Origin: Hyalangium minutum
GTDB taxonomy: Bacteria; Myxococcota; Myxococcia; Myxococcales; Myxococcaceae
Direction of reading: 5' to 3'
NCBI RefSeq assembly: GCF_000737315.1
Contig: NZ_JMCB01000007.1
Location: 310,001-374,000 of the forward strand
Length of the DNA stretch: 64,000 nt
In this document: in pieces, positions 1-9,523 of the stretch
Position numbering within the stretch: position 1 is the first letter of the stretch
Layout: each line of letters starts with the position of its first letter
The notes under the pieces: model-generated
What the model was told of the DNA's origin: nothing
The model's database searches: none
Seen by the model: only the letters and a program-made list of their open reading frames with translations
Position numbers and translations under genes: made by a program

Positions 1-744
1 GCCCGCCACCCGGTTCTGCGCGAAGTCGTACACGTAGACAGGCGCCTTCTTGTACAGCTCGCTGATGATGGACTTGCCGAAGTCGTGCACGCTGCCCTCG
101 TCGGCGGCGTCCCGCACCACCTCCTGCACCAGCACGTCCGTGGAGAACAGGTAGTTGCCCATGGAGGCCAGGCACATCTTCGGGTTGCCCGGCATGGGCG
201 GCGGGTTCTTGGGCTTCTCCAGGAACTGGAGCATGCGCCCATCCGGCCCCACGTCGATGATGCCGAAGTCCTTGCCCTGCTCGATGGGCACGGGAATGGC
301 GGCCACGGTGCAGGCCGCCTTCTTGGCCTGGTGGAAGTCCAGCATCTGCCGCACGTCCATGCGGTACACATGGTCCGCGCCGAAGACGAAGATGAAGTCC
401 GGCTCCTCGTCGGTGATGATGTTGAGGTTCTGGTAGATGGCGTCCGCGCTGCCCTTGTACCAGTCCATGCCGGTGCGCATTTGCGCGGGCACAGACTCCA
501 CGTAGTGGCCCAGGAACGCCGTCATCCGCCACGCGCGCGACAGGTGGTTGTTGAGCGAGTCGCTCTTGTACTGCGTGAGCACCTTCATCCGGTACACGCC
601 GGAGTTGACGAAGTTGGAGAGAACGAAGTCGATGATGCGGTACCGCCCGCCGAAGGGAACGGCGGGCTTGGCGCGCTCACGGGTGAGCGGCTCGAGCCGG
701 GTGCCTGCACCACCTGCCAGAATCATCGCCAGCAGCTTTGCCAT
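1..744 (-). CDS. glgC: Glucose-1-phosphate adenylyltransferase (partial; 3' end lies outside the window)
   Basis: Not in the ORF track. Manual minus-strand translation from the ATG at 744 gives [49 protein letters not shown]...[12 protein letters not shown]...GADHVYRMD, the ADP-glucose pyrophosphorylase signature. Confidence 0.96.
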   Translation of the reverse strand, partial: MAKLLAMILAGGAGTRLEPLTRERAKPAVPFGGRYRIIDFVLSNFVNSGVYRMKVLTQYKSDSLNNHLSRAWRMTAFLGHYVESVPAQMRTGMDWYKGSADAIYQNLNIITDEEPDFIFVFGADHVYRMDVRQMLDFHQAKKAACTVAAIPVPIEQGKDFGIIDVGPDGRMLQFLEKPKNPPPMPGNPKMCLASMGNYLFSTDVLVQEVVRDAADEGSVHDFGKSIISELYKKAPVYVYDFAQNRVAG

Positions 745-973
745 AGTGGCGCGGGACCTTAATCGTGCTCTTGGGGCCGACAAGGCCGCCCGCGCCGCTC
801 CGAGCGCGTTCGTTGAGTGCCGAACCGCCCCGTCGTCCCTGTGTGGCCAGTGGGGAACGCCCGTCTCCGACCTGGGTGCTACCGGGAGGGCCAAAAGGAG
901 GGGGTAGGGACGTCCCACACCTGGCCCTCCTACATGGCATTTCCCGGGTGAAGCGTGCTATTCCTACTTTGCA

Positions 974-1855
974 ATGGCAGCCGACGAAACTCGGGTCACT
1001 AAAATCTCTTCGGTCAATGTACGGAACGCGGCCAACAGGGATTGCTGCCTCGTCCAGATTCACGGGCCGGAGCTGGGGAAGAAGTACGTGCTCGAGGACA
1101 TCGAGTACACCATCGGCCGGGACGAGGCCTGCAACATCCAAGTGGAACTGGACAACGTGTCCCGCCGCCACGCCCGCGTGAGCACCAAGCAGGGCCGCAT
1201 GTTCGTGGAGGACTTGGGCTCCACCAACGGCACCTACCTGAATGATCAGGAGGTGCTCAGCCCGCAGCCGCTGCGCAGCGGAGACCTGGTGAAGGTGGGG
1301 GGCTCCATCTTCAAGTTCCTCGATGGCGACAACATCGAGACGCAGTACCACGAGACCATCTACACGCTGACGATCGCGGACGGTCTCACCGGGGTGAACA
1401 ACAAGCGCTACTTCCTGGAGTACCTGGAGCGGGAGATGGGGCGCTCGCACCGGTACCACCGGCCGTTGACGCTGATGATGTTCGACATCGACCACTTCAA
1501 GAAGATCAACGACGTGCACGGTCACCTTGCGGGTGACTACGTGCTGCGCGAGCTGGCGCAGTCCATCAAGCGGCTGGTGCGGCGCGAGCAGTGCTTCGCG
1601 CGCTACGGCGGCGAGGAGTTCGCGCTGGTGATGCCCGAGGACGGGCCGGACAAGGCGAAGCTGTTCGCGGAGAAGATCCGGAAGATGATCGAGGAGAAGA
1701 CCTTCGTCTTCGAGGACAAGGAGATCCCGGTCACCATCTCGATTGGCGTGGCGGAGATGGCCTCGGACATGACGGAGCCCACCCAGTTCATCAAGGTGGC
1801 GGACGCGAACCTGTACCGGGCGAAGAAGGCAGGCCGGAACCGGGTGATCCCGTAA
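974..1855 (+). CDS. FHA-domain diguanylate cyclase (FHA-GGDEF)
   Basis: FHA motifs (IGRD, VSRRHA, DLGSTNGT) followed by a GGDEF domain (DGLTG, DIDHFKKINDVHGHLAGD, ARYGGEEF). Confidence 0.95.
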   Translation: MAADETRVTKISSVNVRNAANRDCCLVQIHGPELGKKYVLEDIEYTIGRDEACNIQVELDNVSRRHARVSTKQGRMFVEDLGSTNGTYLNDQEVLSPQPLRSGDLVKVGGSIFKFLDGDNIETQYHETIYTLTIADGLTGVNNKRYFLEYLEREMGRSHRYHRPLTLMMFDIDHFKKINDVHGHLAGDYVLRELAQSIKRLVRREQCFARYGGEEFALVMPEDGPDKAKLFAEKIRKMIEEKTFVFEDKEIPVTISIGVAEMASDMTEPTQFIKVADANLYRAKKAGRNRVIP

Positions 1856-1858
1856 GGC

Positions 1859-2617
1859 ATGGCCCAGCACTCTCCCTCTCGGCTGGCGCGGTTTCTGTTC
1901 ATCGTCCTGGGGCTGCTATTGCTGGGCGCGGCGTGGGTCTGGCCGCTGCTGCCCCGGCGCGAGGGCGCTCGGGTGGACGCGGGCAACGGGCTGGTGGGCG
2001 TGCTCACGGAGGGGTACGCGTACGCGTGGGTGCTGAAGACGCCTCACGGCGCGGCGCTGGTGGATGCGGGCGCGGATCCGAAGGGCACGGAGCTGCTGGC
2101 GGAGCTGGCCAAGCAGGGCGTGGCGCCGGAGCAGGTGCACACGGTGCTGCTGACGCACGGGCACCCAGACCACTGGGCCGCGGCGCACCTGTTCCCGAAC
2201 GCGCGGGTGGTGGTGGCGGCCTCGGAGCTGCCGCTGCTGCGCGGGGAGTACGCGCAGAAGAGCCTGGTGGGGAAGATGACGCGCTCCCTGGCGCGGCCGC
2301 CGCTGCCCTCGAAGCTGGAGCCGGCGGAGGACGGGAAGGCGCTGGACGTGGATGGGGAGCAGATCCACGTGTTCCTGGTGCCGGGGCACACGCCGGGCAG
2401 CGTGGTGTACCAGTGGAGGGACGTGCTCTTCCTGGGGGACGTGCTGGTGCGGAACAAGAAGGGCCTGGCGCCCTCGCCGGGCATCTTCTCCGAGGACAAC
2501 GCGCTGAACCGCCAGTCGCTCGAGAAGCTGCGCAACGTGGACTTCGCCCGCGTGGCGGATGGGCACGCGGGGCTCACGGTGGATGGGCGCGAGCAGCTGC
2601 TGAAGGCGCTGAAGTAG
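1859..2617 (+). CDS. Metallo-beta-lactamase-fold hydrolase with N-terminal membrane anchor
   Basis: THGHPDH, PGHTPGS, GD and GH metal-binding motifs; hydrophobic N-terminus. Confidence 0.9.
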   Translation: MAQHSPSRLARFLFIVLGLLLLGAAWVWPLLPRREGARVDAGNGLVGVLTEGYAYAWVLKTPHGAALVDAGADPKGTELLAELAKQGVAPEQVHTVLLTHGHPDHWAAAHLFPNARVVVAASELPLLRGEYAQKSLVGKMTRSLARPPLPSKLEPAEDGKALDVDGEQIHVFLVPGHTPGSVVYQWRDVLFLGDVLVRNKKGLAPSPGIFSEDNALNRQSLEKLRNVDFARVADGHAGLTVDGREQLLKALK

Positions 2618-2626
2618 CGGTGCCTT

Positions 2627-3775
2627 TCAACGGCCCATGAGCCGCGCGAGCACCTCGGCACCGCGGAGCACGACATCCGGCGGAGAGCAGGTGAAGCAGA
2701 GCCGCACGTGGTGGGGGAAGGGACCGAAGTTCATGCCCGGAGCCAGGAGCAGGCGCTGATCGACACAGCGCTCCAGGAAGCCCAGGAGCCCGCGCTCGTC
2801 CAGGTGCGGGGCCACGTCCACGAAGAGGAAGGTGCTGCCCTGAGGGGGAGGGACTCCGAGCCGCTCGGCCACCTTGCGGCCGGTGTCCGCGTACTGCGCG
2901 GCAGCCTGAGCGGCCCACTGAGGACCAGGGCCCTGCAGCGCGCGGAGCCCTGCGAGCTGGGCGGCAGTGGGGGCGCTGTAGAAGGAGTGCGTGCTCACCT
3001 TGCGCAGCTGGGCCACGGCGTCCTTGGGGCCCACGGCCCAGCCGCAGCGGTTGCCCGCCATGCCGTAGGCCTTGCTGAAGCTCCAAGTGGCCAGGGTGCG
3101 CTCGGGAGCGAGCGCGAGGGTGGACACGTGCTCGCCCTCGTAGACGTAGTCCTCGTAGACCTCGTCCGAGAGGATCCACAGGCCCTCGCGCCGGGCGAGC
3201 TCAGCGAGGGCCTCGACCCAGGCGCGGGGAAGCACCCGGCCGCTGGGGTTGTTAGGGGTGTTGAGGTAGAGCGCGACGGTGCGCTCGGTGATCCGGGCCC
3301 GTACGGCCTCCACGAGCTCGTCAGCGCTGCTGGCCTCCAGGAAGGGCACGGCCACGGGCACGCCATGGAAGGCCGTGACGATGCCGGCGATGAGCGGCCA
3401 GTAGGGGGCGAGCAGGAGGACCTCCTCGCCGGGAGCGACCAACGCGCCCACCATGGCGCCGAGCGCGCCGGTGGCACCGGTGGTGACAAGGACCTGGGAG
3501 CGCTCGATGGCGACGCTGGAGCGTGCGCGCACGTGCTCGACGATGGCGTCCCGAAGGGCGGGGTGGCCCTCGACGGCGGAGTAGCGGTGGAGGCCGGGGA
3601 ACTCCGAGGTGCGGAGGTCCTCCATGCGGCAGCCCTCGGGAGGCTCCATCCACGTGTCGCCGATGTAGAGCGGATACACCTCGCCCTGCTGGCGGGAGAG
3701 CCGCTCCGCGAGCGTGCTGTACACGGAGCCGGGCATCCCGGTGACGGAGGGCGCGTAGGTGGGGTGGCGCGGCAT
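2627..3775 (-). CDS. PLP-dependent aminotransferase, class I/II
   Basis: NTPNNPSG, SDEVY and SFSKAYGMAGNRCG (PLP lysine) motifs. Confidence 0.92.
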   Translation of the reverse strand: MPRHPTYAPSVTGMPGSVYSTLAERLSRQQGEVYPLYIGDTWMEPPEGCRMEDLRTSEFPGLHRYSAVEGHPALRDAIVEHVRARSSVAIERSQVLVTTGATGALGAMVGALVAPGEEVLLLAPYWPLIAGIVTAFHGVPVAVPFLEASSADELVEAVRARITERTVALYLNTPNNPSGRVLPRAWVEALAELARREGLWILSDEVYEDYVYEGEHVSTLALAPERTLATWSFSKAYGMAGNRCGWAVGPKDAVAQLRKVSTHSFYSAPTAAQLAGLRALQGPGPQWAAQAAAQYADTGRKVAERLGVPPPQGSTFLFVDVAPHLDERGLLGFLERCVDQRLLLAPGMNFGPFPHHVRLCFTCSPPDVVLRGAEVLARLMGR

Positions 3776-3901
3776 GGGAGTCTCAGGCCGTTTGTCAGGT
3801 GGATAACCGAGTCAGCGGCCTTTCTCACTCGGAGGGTAGCGGTTGGGAATCCGACGTCAAAATGTTGAGGAACGACCGCTTGTCAGCCTCGAAAGGCGCA
3901 C

Positions 3902-5368
3902 TTGAATTCCTCCAGAAGTCTTCTCACCACCGGTGTTCCTGGCTTCGACTCCCTCCTGGGGGGCGGCATTCCCGTCCGCCAGTCGGTCTTGATCACCGGC
4001 CAGCCCGGCACGGGCAAGACGGTTCTCGCCAGCCAGATTGCCTTCCACCACGCGGCGCAAGGCACCCCCGTGGTGCTGGCCACGACCACCTCCGAGTCCC
4101 AGGCCAAGCTGCTCGAGGACCTCTCGGGGTTCTCCTTCTTCAGCCGGAAGAAGCTGGGCGAAGAGCTCTTCTTCCTCAGCATCTACGCATGGCTCAAGAA
4201 GGGGCCTCGCGAGGCGCGGGAGATCCTCATCCACACCATCCGCGAGCGCAAGGCGCGCTTGCTGGTGGTGGATGGGCTCCGCTCGGTGCGGGATCTGTGG
4301 CAGGACGAAGCCAAGCTGCGCGAGTTCTTCTACGAGCTCTCGGTGGGGCTGGCGACGGTGGACTGCACCGCCCTCTTCATCACCGAGTACCCGCTCTCCA
4401 AGCTGATCGACTTCCCCGAGTCGACCACGGTGGATGGGGTCATCTCCCTCACCTTCGACGAGGGCCCGGGGGGGCGTGTCCGGCGCGCGGAGGTGGTGAA
4501 GCTGCGCGGCATGAAGCACCTCCACGGCCGCCACCTGATGAAGATGGATGGCACCGGCGTGCGCATCCTGCCTCGCACCGAGGCAGTCACCCAGCCGGAT
4601 CTGGACTTCATCCCGCCGGAAGGGCGCGCCGGTTTCGGGCTGCCCGAGCTCGACCGCCTGTTCGACGGGGGACTGCCCCAGTGCAGCGCGGCGCTCATCG
4701 CGGGGAGCACCGGTGTGGGCAAGACGCTGCTCGGACTGCACTTCGCGGCAGCGGGGGGCCGCCAAGGTGAGAAGGCCCTGGTGTTCTCCTTCTCGGAGCC
4801 CTCGGCGAGCCTGACCGCCCGGGCGCGGCGGGTCAGCCTCGAGCTGCAGCCGCTCATCTCCTCGGGGATGGTCCACCTGCGCTACGAGCCGTGCTTCGAG
4901 ATGGAGGCGGATGAGATCGCCGAGCTGCTCCTGTCCGAGCTGGAGCGGATCGGGGCCCGGCGCCTGGTGCTGGAGGATGTGGAGACGCTCGAGCGTGCGC
5001 TGGATCGGCCCGCGCGCGCGCGCTCCTTCTTCGGCGCCCTGCTCATCCGGCTCCGGACGATGGGCATCACCTCGCTGTTCACCCGGAAGATCTCCAAGGT
5101 GATCGGGCCGGAGCTGGACTTCAGCGACTCGCCCCTGGCGAACATCGCCGAGAACCTGCTCTTCCTGCGCCATGTCGAGCTGCGCGGCCGGCTCTACCGG
5201 GTGATGTCCATCCTCAACCTGCGCAACAGCCGGTACGACCCGACCCTGCGCGAGTTCGAGATTCGAGACGAGGGCCTCCGGGTTCTGGATCCCCTTCACT
5301 CCGCCGAAGGTCTCTTGACGGGGATGGCACGCCCGGTCGGGGCGAGCCGGGAGCCCGTGCTGCCGTGA
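3902..5368 (+). CDS. Double-domain KaiC-like (RecA/RAD55 superfamily) ATPase
   Basis: Two RecA-like domains: TGVPGFDSLLGGG...GQPGTGKT and FGLPELDRLFDGG...GSTGVGKT; R-x-x-E-V-V-K-L-R-G type arginine-finger segments. Confidence 0.9.
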   Translation: MNSSRSLLTTGVPGFDSLLGGGIPVRQSVLITGQPGTGKTVLASQIAFHHAAQGTPVVLATTTSESQAKLLEDLSGFSFFSRKKLGEELFFLSIYAWLKKGPREAREILIHTIRERKARLLVVDGLRSVRDLWQDEAKLREFFYELSVGLATVDCTALFITEYPLSKLIDFPESTTVDGVISLTFDEGPGGRVRRAEVVKLRGMKHLHGRHLMKMDGTGVRILPRTEAVTQPDLDFIPPEGRAGFGLPELDRLFDGGLPQCSAALIAGSTGVGKTLLGLHFAAAGGRQGEKALVFSFSEPSASLTARARRVSLELQPLISSGMVHLRYEPCFEMEADEIAELLLSELERIGARRLVLEDVETLERALDRPARARSFFGALLIRLRTMGITSLFTRKISKVIGPELDFSDSPLANIAENLLFLRHVELRGRLYRVMSILNLRNSRYDPTLREFEIRDEGLRVLDPLHSAEGLLTGMARPVGASREPVLP

Positions 5369-6447
5369 AGGTGGTCTTGGTTGTCGATGATGAAGAGGCG
5401 CTGTTGGAGGTGTTCGCGTCCGTGGTCAAGGACCTGGGCCACACAGTCCTCTGCGCTCATGCGGGCGACGAGGCGCTGGGCCTGGCCCAATCCCACCAGC
5501 CGGACCTCATCATCAGCGACCACATGATGCCGGGGTTGACCGGGATGGAGCTCTTGCGCTCGGTGCGTAGAGACGAGCGGCTGGCGTCCACGCCCTTCAT
5601 CCTGATCAGCGCGGCCCTGCCGCAAGGGGCCGACGAGGCCAACGCCTACCTGGCCAAGCCGGTGTCTCTGGAGACGTTTGAGCGGATGGTGGAGGAGGGG
5701 TTGCGCGCTTCCATGGGGAGGCCCGAGAGGCCTGCGGGCCTGCCGCTGACGCAGGCTCCGGAGACAACGATGAACCTCGCGCGCGCGGAGATGATGAGCT
5801 GGGTGGCCCACGAGATCAAGACACCCCTCAGCTCGGCGCGGCTGAACCTGGAGCTGATGCTGCGGCACCTGAGTGGGGAGACGGCGGACGCGCAGAGGCG
5901 GCGGGGCACGGTGGCGCTCCATCAGTTGGACCGGATGTCCACCCTGGTCAGCTCGGTGCTCGAGGCCTCGCAGCTGTCCGATGGGCGCATCAAGCTCCAG
6001 CGCGAGCCGTGCGAGCTCAGGTCCTTTCTGCAGGGCGTGGCGAGCTACTGGCGGGACACGCGGCCCGAGGCCGAGCTCCTCGTGAAGCTGCCCGCCGAGG
6101 CGGTGACGATGCAGGCGGATGCCGAGCGGCTGCGGCAGATCCTCAACAACCTGATCTCGAACGCCGTCAAGTATGGAGGGACGCCGGCGCGGGTGGAGCT
6201 CGCGTTGGAGCTCTCTCCGGGGCGGGCCGTCATCTCGGTGACGGACCATGGCCAGGGGATGGACGCCTCCGAGCTGCCGCGGATCTTCGACCGCTTCCAC
6301 CGCGCGGTGGGCAGTACGGGCCAGGGGCATGGGCTGGGGCTCTACATCGCATCGGCGCTGGCGCAGCTGCATGGGGGCTCGTTGCAGGTCCACTCACAGC
6401 GCGGCGAGGGCTCCACCTTCACCCTCTCCCTTCCGTTGGGGCGCTGA
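5365..6447 (+). CDS. Hybrid response regulator / histidine kinase
   Basis: REC domain (VVDDE, SDHMMPGLTG, KP), H-box AHEIKTPL, N-box NLISNAVKY, G-boxes DHGQG and GHGLGL. GTG start overlaps the ATPase stop (GTGA). Confidence 0.93.
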   Translation: MKVVLVVDDEEALLEVFASVVKDLGHTVLCAHAGDEALGLAQSHQPDLIISDHMMPGLTGMELLRSVRRDERLASTPFILISAALPQGADEANAYLAKPVSLETFERMVEEGLRASMGRPERPAGLPLTQAPETTMNLARAEMMSWVAHEIKTPLSSARLNLELMLRHLSGETADAQRRRGTVALHQLDRMSTLVSSVLEASQLSDGRIKLQREPCELRSFLQGVASYWRDTRPEAELLVKLPAEAVTMQADAERLRQILNNLISNAVKYGGTPARVELALELSPGRAVISVTDHGQGMDASELPRIFDRFHRAVGSTGQGHGLGLYIASALAQLHGGSLQVHSQRGEGSTFTLSLPLGR

Positions 6448-7693
6448 GCCCGGGGCCGCCCTCGCGCTCACCCGTGAGCAGGTCGAGGGGCGGGGCGAGG
6501 AGGCTCCAGGACTGCTGAGGCTTGAAGCTCGCCCAGGGTTGCTGGTGGTACCCGAGCGTCAGCTGGAGGAGGGCGCGAGGAGGCAGGAAGAGCACGCGCT
6601 GCCCGCGCAGGAAGTCGCGGGTGCGCTCCATGGCGGACTGAAGCGCCGCGCGGCTCTGGCCCAGCACGAGGACGGAGGAGCGCCCGAGGTGGGGCCACGT
6701 GCCGATTCCATTCATCCCTTCAGGATCGATCACATCGGGGCGGACGCTGTCCGCGGGGAGAAGCGCCTGAGGAATCCAGCAGGCCGTCAACGTATGCACC
6801 TCCACTGCGCCGGGTGGAACCTGCCGCAAGAAGGGGGTGAAGGCTTGCGAGGTGGGAGGGATTCCGGGGGGACCGTAGCCGGTGCGAAGCTCCACGAGCT
6901 TGAGGCGCTCCGGAGGGAATCCCGCAGCCGTCACTGCCAGGGTCCAGGTGGGGCCACCCCATCCGCTGCGGTCCTGGAGTTGCGCCAGGGCGGGGTAGAG
7001 CTCGGCGGGGGCTCCGCCCTCATTGCGGAAGTGGAGCTCGAGCTTCACGTCGGCTAGCGCGTCGGCGGGAAGCCGTTGAGGCGTCACCAGGGCTTCGAGC
7101 GCGAGCCGGGGCGGGACACGGCGTGCCAGGCTCAAACGCGCCAGGAGGCTTGACGGGGGCCGCTCCTCGACAGGGAGCGTGGCCGGAACGCGGGGCCGCT
7201 CCTCTTGGATGTGAGCGGCGGTTCGGGTCGCGTCGAGGAGGGTCCGGACACGCTCGGCCAGCCCATCCAGATCTGCGCGAGAGATGGGGTTCGTAAGCGC
7301 GAGGGTGAGGAGGCCGTGCTCGAGTGGGTCCTGGTGCAGGGGGAGCTGCAAGCGGCGGGGTGGGGTGAAGGGGGCCTCGCGCGCATGGGTAGGGCGAGCG
7401 GGCTGAGCCTCGGGAAGGATCAGCTCGTCGCCCCCTGTGACGGAGGGCTGCGCGGCTTGAAAGGGCGCGAGCGGTAAGCGGCCTTCCGCGGACAGCTCGG
7501 AGAACAGCTCATCGAGAGGTCCGAGGGACGCGTTCACCCAGCGCTCATAGGGGCGGTTGGCACTCGCGAAGTAGTCGCGGATGGTTCTGGAAGGATCCTC
7601 ACCCGGCAGCGTCGCCACGTTGACGCGGACGCCGCTCTGCAACTCGAGGACATAGAATTCGGACACGCGACTCGCGCCAGCCTGACCGCTCAT
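6419..7693 (-). CDS. Hypothetical protein
   Basis: 424-aa ORF fills the gap between the kinase and the toxin gene. No family recognised; start uncertain. Confidence 0.5.
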   Translation of the reverse strand: MSGQAGASRVSEFYVLELQSGVRVNVATLPGEDPSRTIRDYFASANRPYERWVNASLGPLDELFSELSAEGRLPLAPFQAAQPSVTGGDELILPEAQPARPTHAREAPFTPPRRLQLPLHQDPLEHGLLTLALTNPISRADLDGLAERVRTLLDATRTAAHIQEERPRVPATLPVEERPPSSLLARLSLARRVPPRLALEALVTPQRLPADALADVKLELHFRNEGGAPAELYPALAQLQDRSGWGGPTWTLAVTAAGFPPERLKLVELRTGYGPPGIPPTSQAFTPFLRQVPPGAVEVHTLTACWIPQALLPADSVRPDVIDPEGMNGIGTWPHLGRSSVLVLGQSRAALQSAMERTRDFLRGQRVLFLPPRALLQLTLGYHQQPWASFKPQQSWSLLAPPLDLLTGEREGGPGLSAPTEGRG

Positions 7694-7727
7694 GCCCGGC
7701 AGCGTACCTGGGGGCTACGCTCACGTC

Positions 7728-8450
7728 ATGGTGACCTGCTCTCCGCTTCGCTGGATGTGGCTGCTGGTGACTGTGGCGCTGTCGGCCTGCGCAACGGCAC
7801 GACCGGCCATGTTCGAGGAACCTGGCTGCGAAGGAGCTGCCGAGGCCGCGCACTTCGAGGAACTGTGCACCGAGGAGCGCAGCGTGGTGGCGCTGTGCGC
7901 AGGCGAGCAGTGTGGGGTGTACCGGTGCAAGGAGGTGATGGAGGGCTCAGCGGCGGGGGTTGTGGTGCTTGCCCGAGGCGGGATGGCGGTGCTGCCCAGC
8001 CCGCAGGCAGGTGCTCAGCGCTACTGGGGCAGCGCACAGGAGTTGCCGAAGGACACCCGGCCCGTCTTCATCATCCCCTGGAGGCACAAGCCACCGCTGC
8101 TGCCCAGCCAGCAGCAGATGTTGGACGAGGCGGCGAAGGAACGGCGCAAGCCGCACGAGCAGCACCACATCTTCCCGCGGGCATTTCGGGAATGGTTCAC
8201 CGACAAGGGGATCGACATCGACCAGTACGTCATCCCGCTGGAGGTAGAGAAGCACCGGAGCATCCATCGGGGGGCGAAAGGGGGCCCGTGGAACGCGGCC
8301 TGGGAGAAGTTCATCGAAGCCAGACGCGGAAAGCCAGTTCCTGCGCAAGAGATCCACCGGTACGCTGGACAGCTCATCTACGAGTTCCAGCTGTTCGGAC
8401 CCGTGTTGCCGTTTTCGAAGCAGCCGCCACCGCTGCCCGCGGGGTATTGA
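7728..8450 (+). CDS. SitA6-family (TIGR02269/DUF2380-type) polymorphic toxin lipoprotein
   Basis: Lipobox VALSAC, Cys-rich N-terminal CTEERSVVALCAGEQCGVYRC, C-terminal HHIFP...HRSIH...WNAAW toxin motif; directly upstream of a double-CxxC protein. ATG at 7728 preferred over 7692. Confidence 0.85.
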   Translation: MVTCSPLRWMWLLVTVALSACATARPAMFEEPGCEGAAEAAHFEELCTEERSVVALCAGEQCGVYRCKEVMEGSAAGVVVLARGGMAVLPSPQAGAQRYWGSAQELPKDTRPVFIIPWRHKPPLLPSQQQMLDEAAKERRKPHEQHHIFPRAFREWFTDKGIDIDQYVIPLEVEKHRSIHRGAKGGPWNAAWEKFIEARRGKPVPAQEIHRYAGQLIYEFQLFGPVLPFSKQPPPLPAGY

Positions 8451-8456
8451 AGAGCC

Positions 8457-9182
8457 ATGCGCTTCTACTGGCTACGCGCCGTCCCTGAGCCTCGCTACTC
8501 CGGAGGGCATGATTACGGACACAAGTGGGGCCTGCCAGGGACACGTTGCCCAGTGTGCGGTGTCAGCGGAGCGGTGACAGGAGACGCCTACCCCTCGGTG
8601 GACCTGTCCCATCTGCCCCCCGAAGAGCAGAAGAAATACTTGCCGCGTTTCGAGCAGGACTACGCGGAGTTCGAGCGGTTGCGAGAACAGGTACGTCCGC
8701 TGGTACCCCCAGGAGTTCATCTGTGGCCGGGAACCAAGTTTGGCCCGATGAACGGCACTGCCCGGGGGGATTTTGGCCCGCTGGTGCTGCATCACCCGTG
8801 GACGCTGTTGATGCGGCGTGAGCCTCTGGAGCTGCTCCAGGCCGAGGGACTCAGCGGCTTGAAGGGATGCCGCACGGCCTTGCGCTTCCGCAAGAAGAAC
8901 CCACCGGAGTTGTTGGAACTGGAGCTATTGCCCCGGGGCAAGCTTCACCCGGACTATCTGCTGGAGCAGCGGCCACCTTGTCCAAGGTGCGAGAACGAAC
9001 CCGTGGAGGCTCCGGAGATGCCTACCTTGGACGCAAACTCCCTCCCACAAGACCTCGACGTGTTCCGCTTCGCGGATTTCCTGACCATGATCATCGCCAC
9101 CGAGCGCTTCGTGGAAGCGGTGCGGCGGTTGGGCTACGAGCAGGACATCCTCTTCCGCGAACTTCCAGTGCACGGCCCGTAG
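8457..9182 (+). CDS. SitI6-family double-CXXCG immunity protein (TIGR02264/DUF2396-type)
   Basis: WGLPGTRCPVCG and CPRCE motifs; C-terminal IIATERFVEAVRRLG; begins 6 bp after the toxin stop. Confidence 0.87.
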   Translation: MRFYWLRAVPEPRYSGGHDYGHKWGLPGTRCPVCGVSGAVTGDAYPSVDLSHLPPEEQKKYLPRFEQDYAEFERLREQVRPLVPPGVHLWPGTKFGPMNGTARGDFGPLVLHHPWTLLMRREPLELLQAEGLSGLKGCRTALRFRKKNPPELLELELLPRGKLHPDYLLEQRPPCPRCENEPVEAPEMPTLDANSLPQDLDVFRFADFLTMIIATERFVEAVRRLGYEQDILFRELPVHGP

Positions 9183-9261
9183 CCCTCGGCTCAGGTGTGA
9201 GAGGTGCGCCTCGGGTGAGGCGAAGCACGGAACTGCCCGGCCGCCTTGGTACGCTCGCAGC

Positions 9262-9515
9262 ATGGTGAGCAGAGCTTCTCTGCGCTGGATGTGGTGGCTG
9301 GCACCGTTGGCCCTGGCGGCGTGTGCGACGGTGCCTGGGACTGGGAGCGAAGGCCCAGGCTGCGAGCAAGCCGCCGAGACCGTGTCCTTCGAGAAACTGT
9401 GTACCGAGGAGCGCAGCGTAGTGGCGCTGTGCGCAGGCGATTCGTGGAAGCGGTACGGCGGCTGGGCTACGAGCAGGACATCGCCTTCCTGGAGCTCCCG
9501 GTGCGCGGCCCGTAG
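9262..9515 (+). pseudogene. Internally deleted second sitA6-sitI6 copy (toxin 5' end fused to immunity 3' end)
   Basis: 9262-9440 encodes MVSRASLRWMWWLAPLALAAC...CTEERSVVALCAG (paralogous to 7728-7906). 9441-9515 encodes, in another frame, FVEAVRRLGYEQDIAFLELPVRGP* (paralogous to 9108-9182). Confidence 0.9.
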
Positions 9516-9523
9516 CACCAGTC

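Noticed and set aside
3902-5368. Calling the ATPase a circadian kaiC, or linking it as GvpD to the gvp genes
   Set aside because: No kaiA/kaiB, the CII Ser/Thr phospho-sites are missing, and the gvp genes are about 48 kb away with no evidence of linkage.
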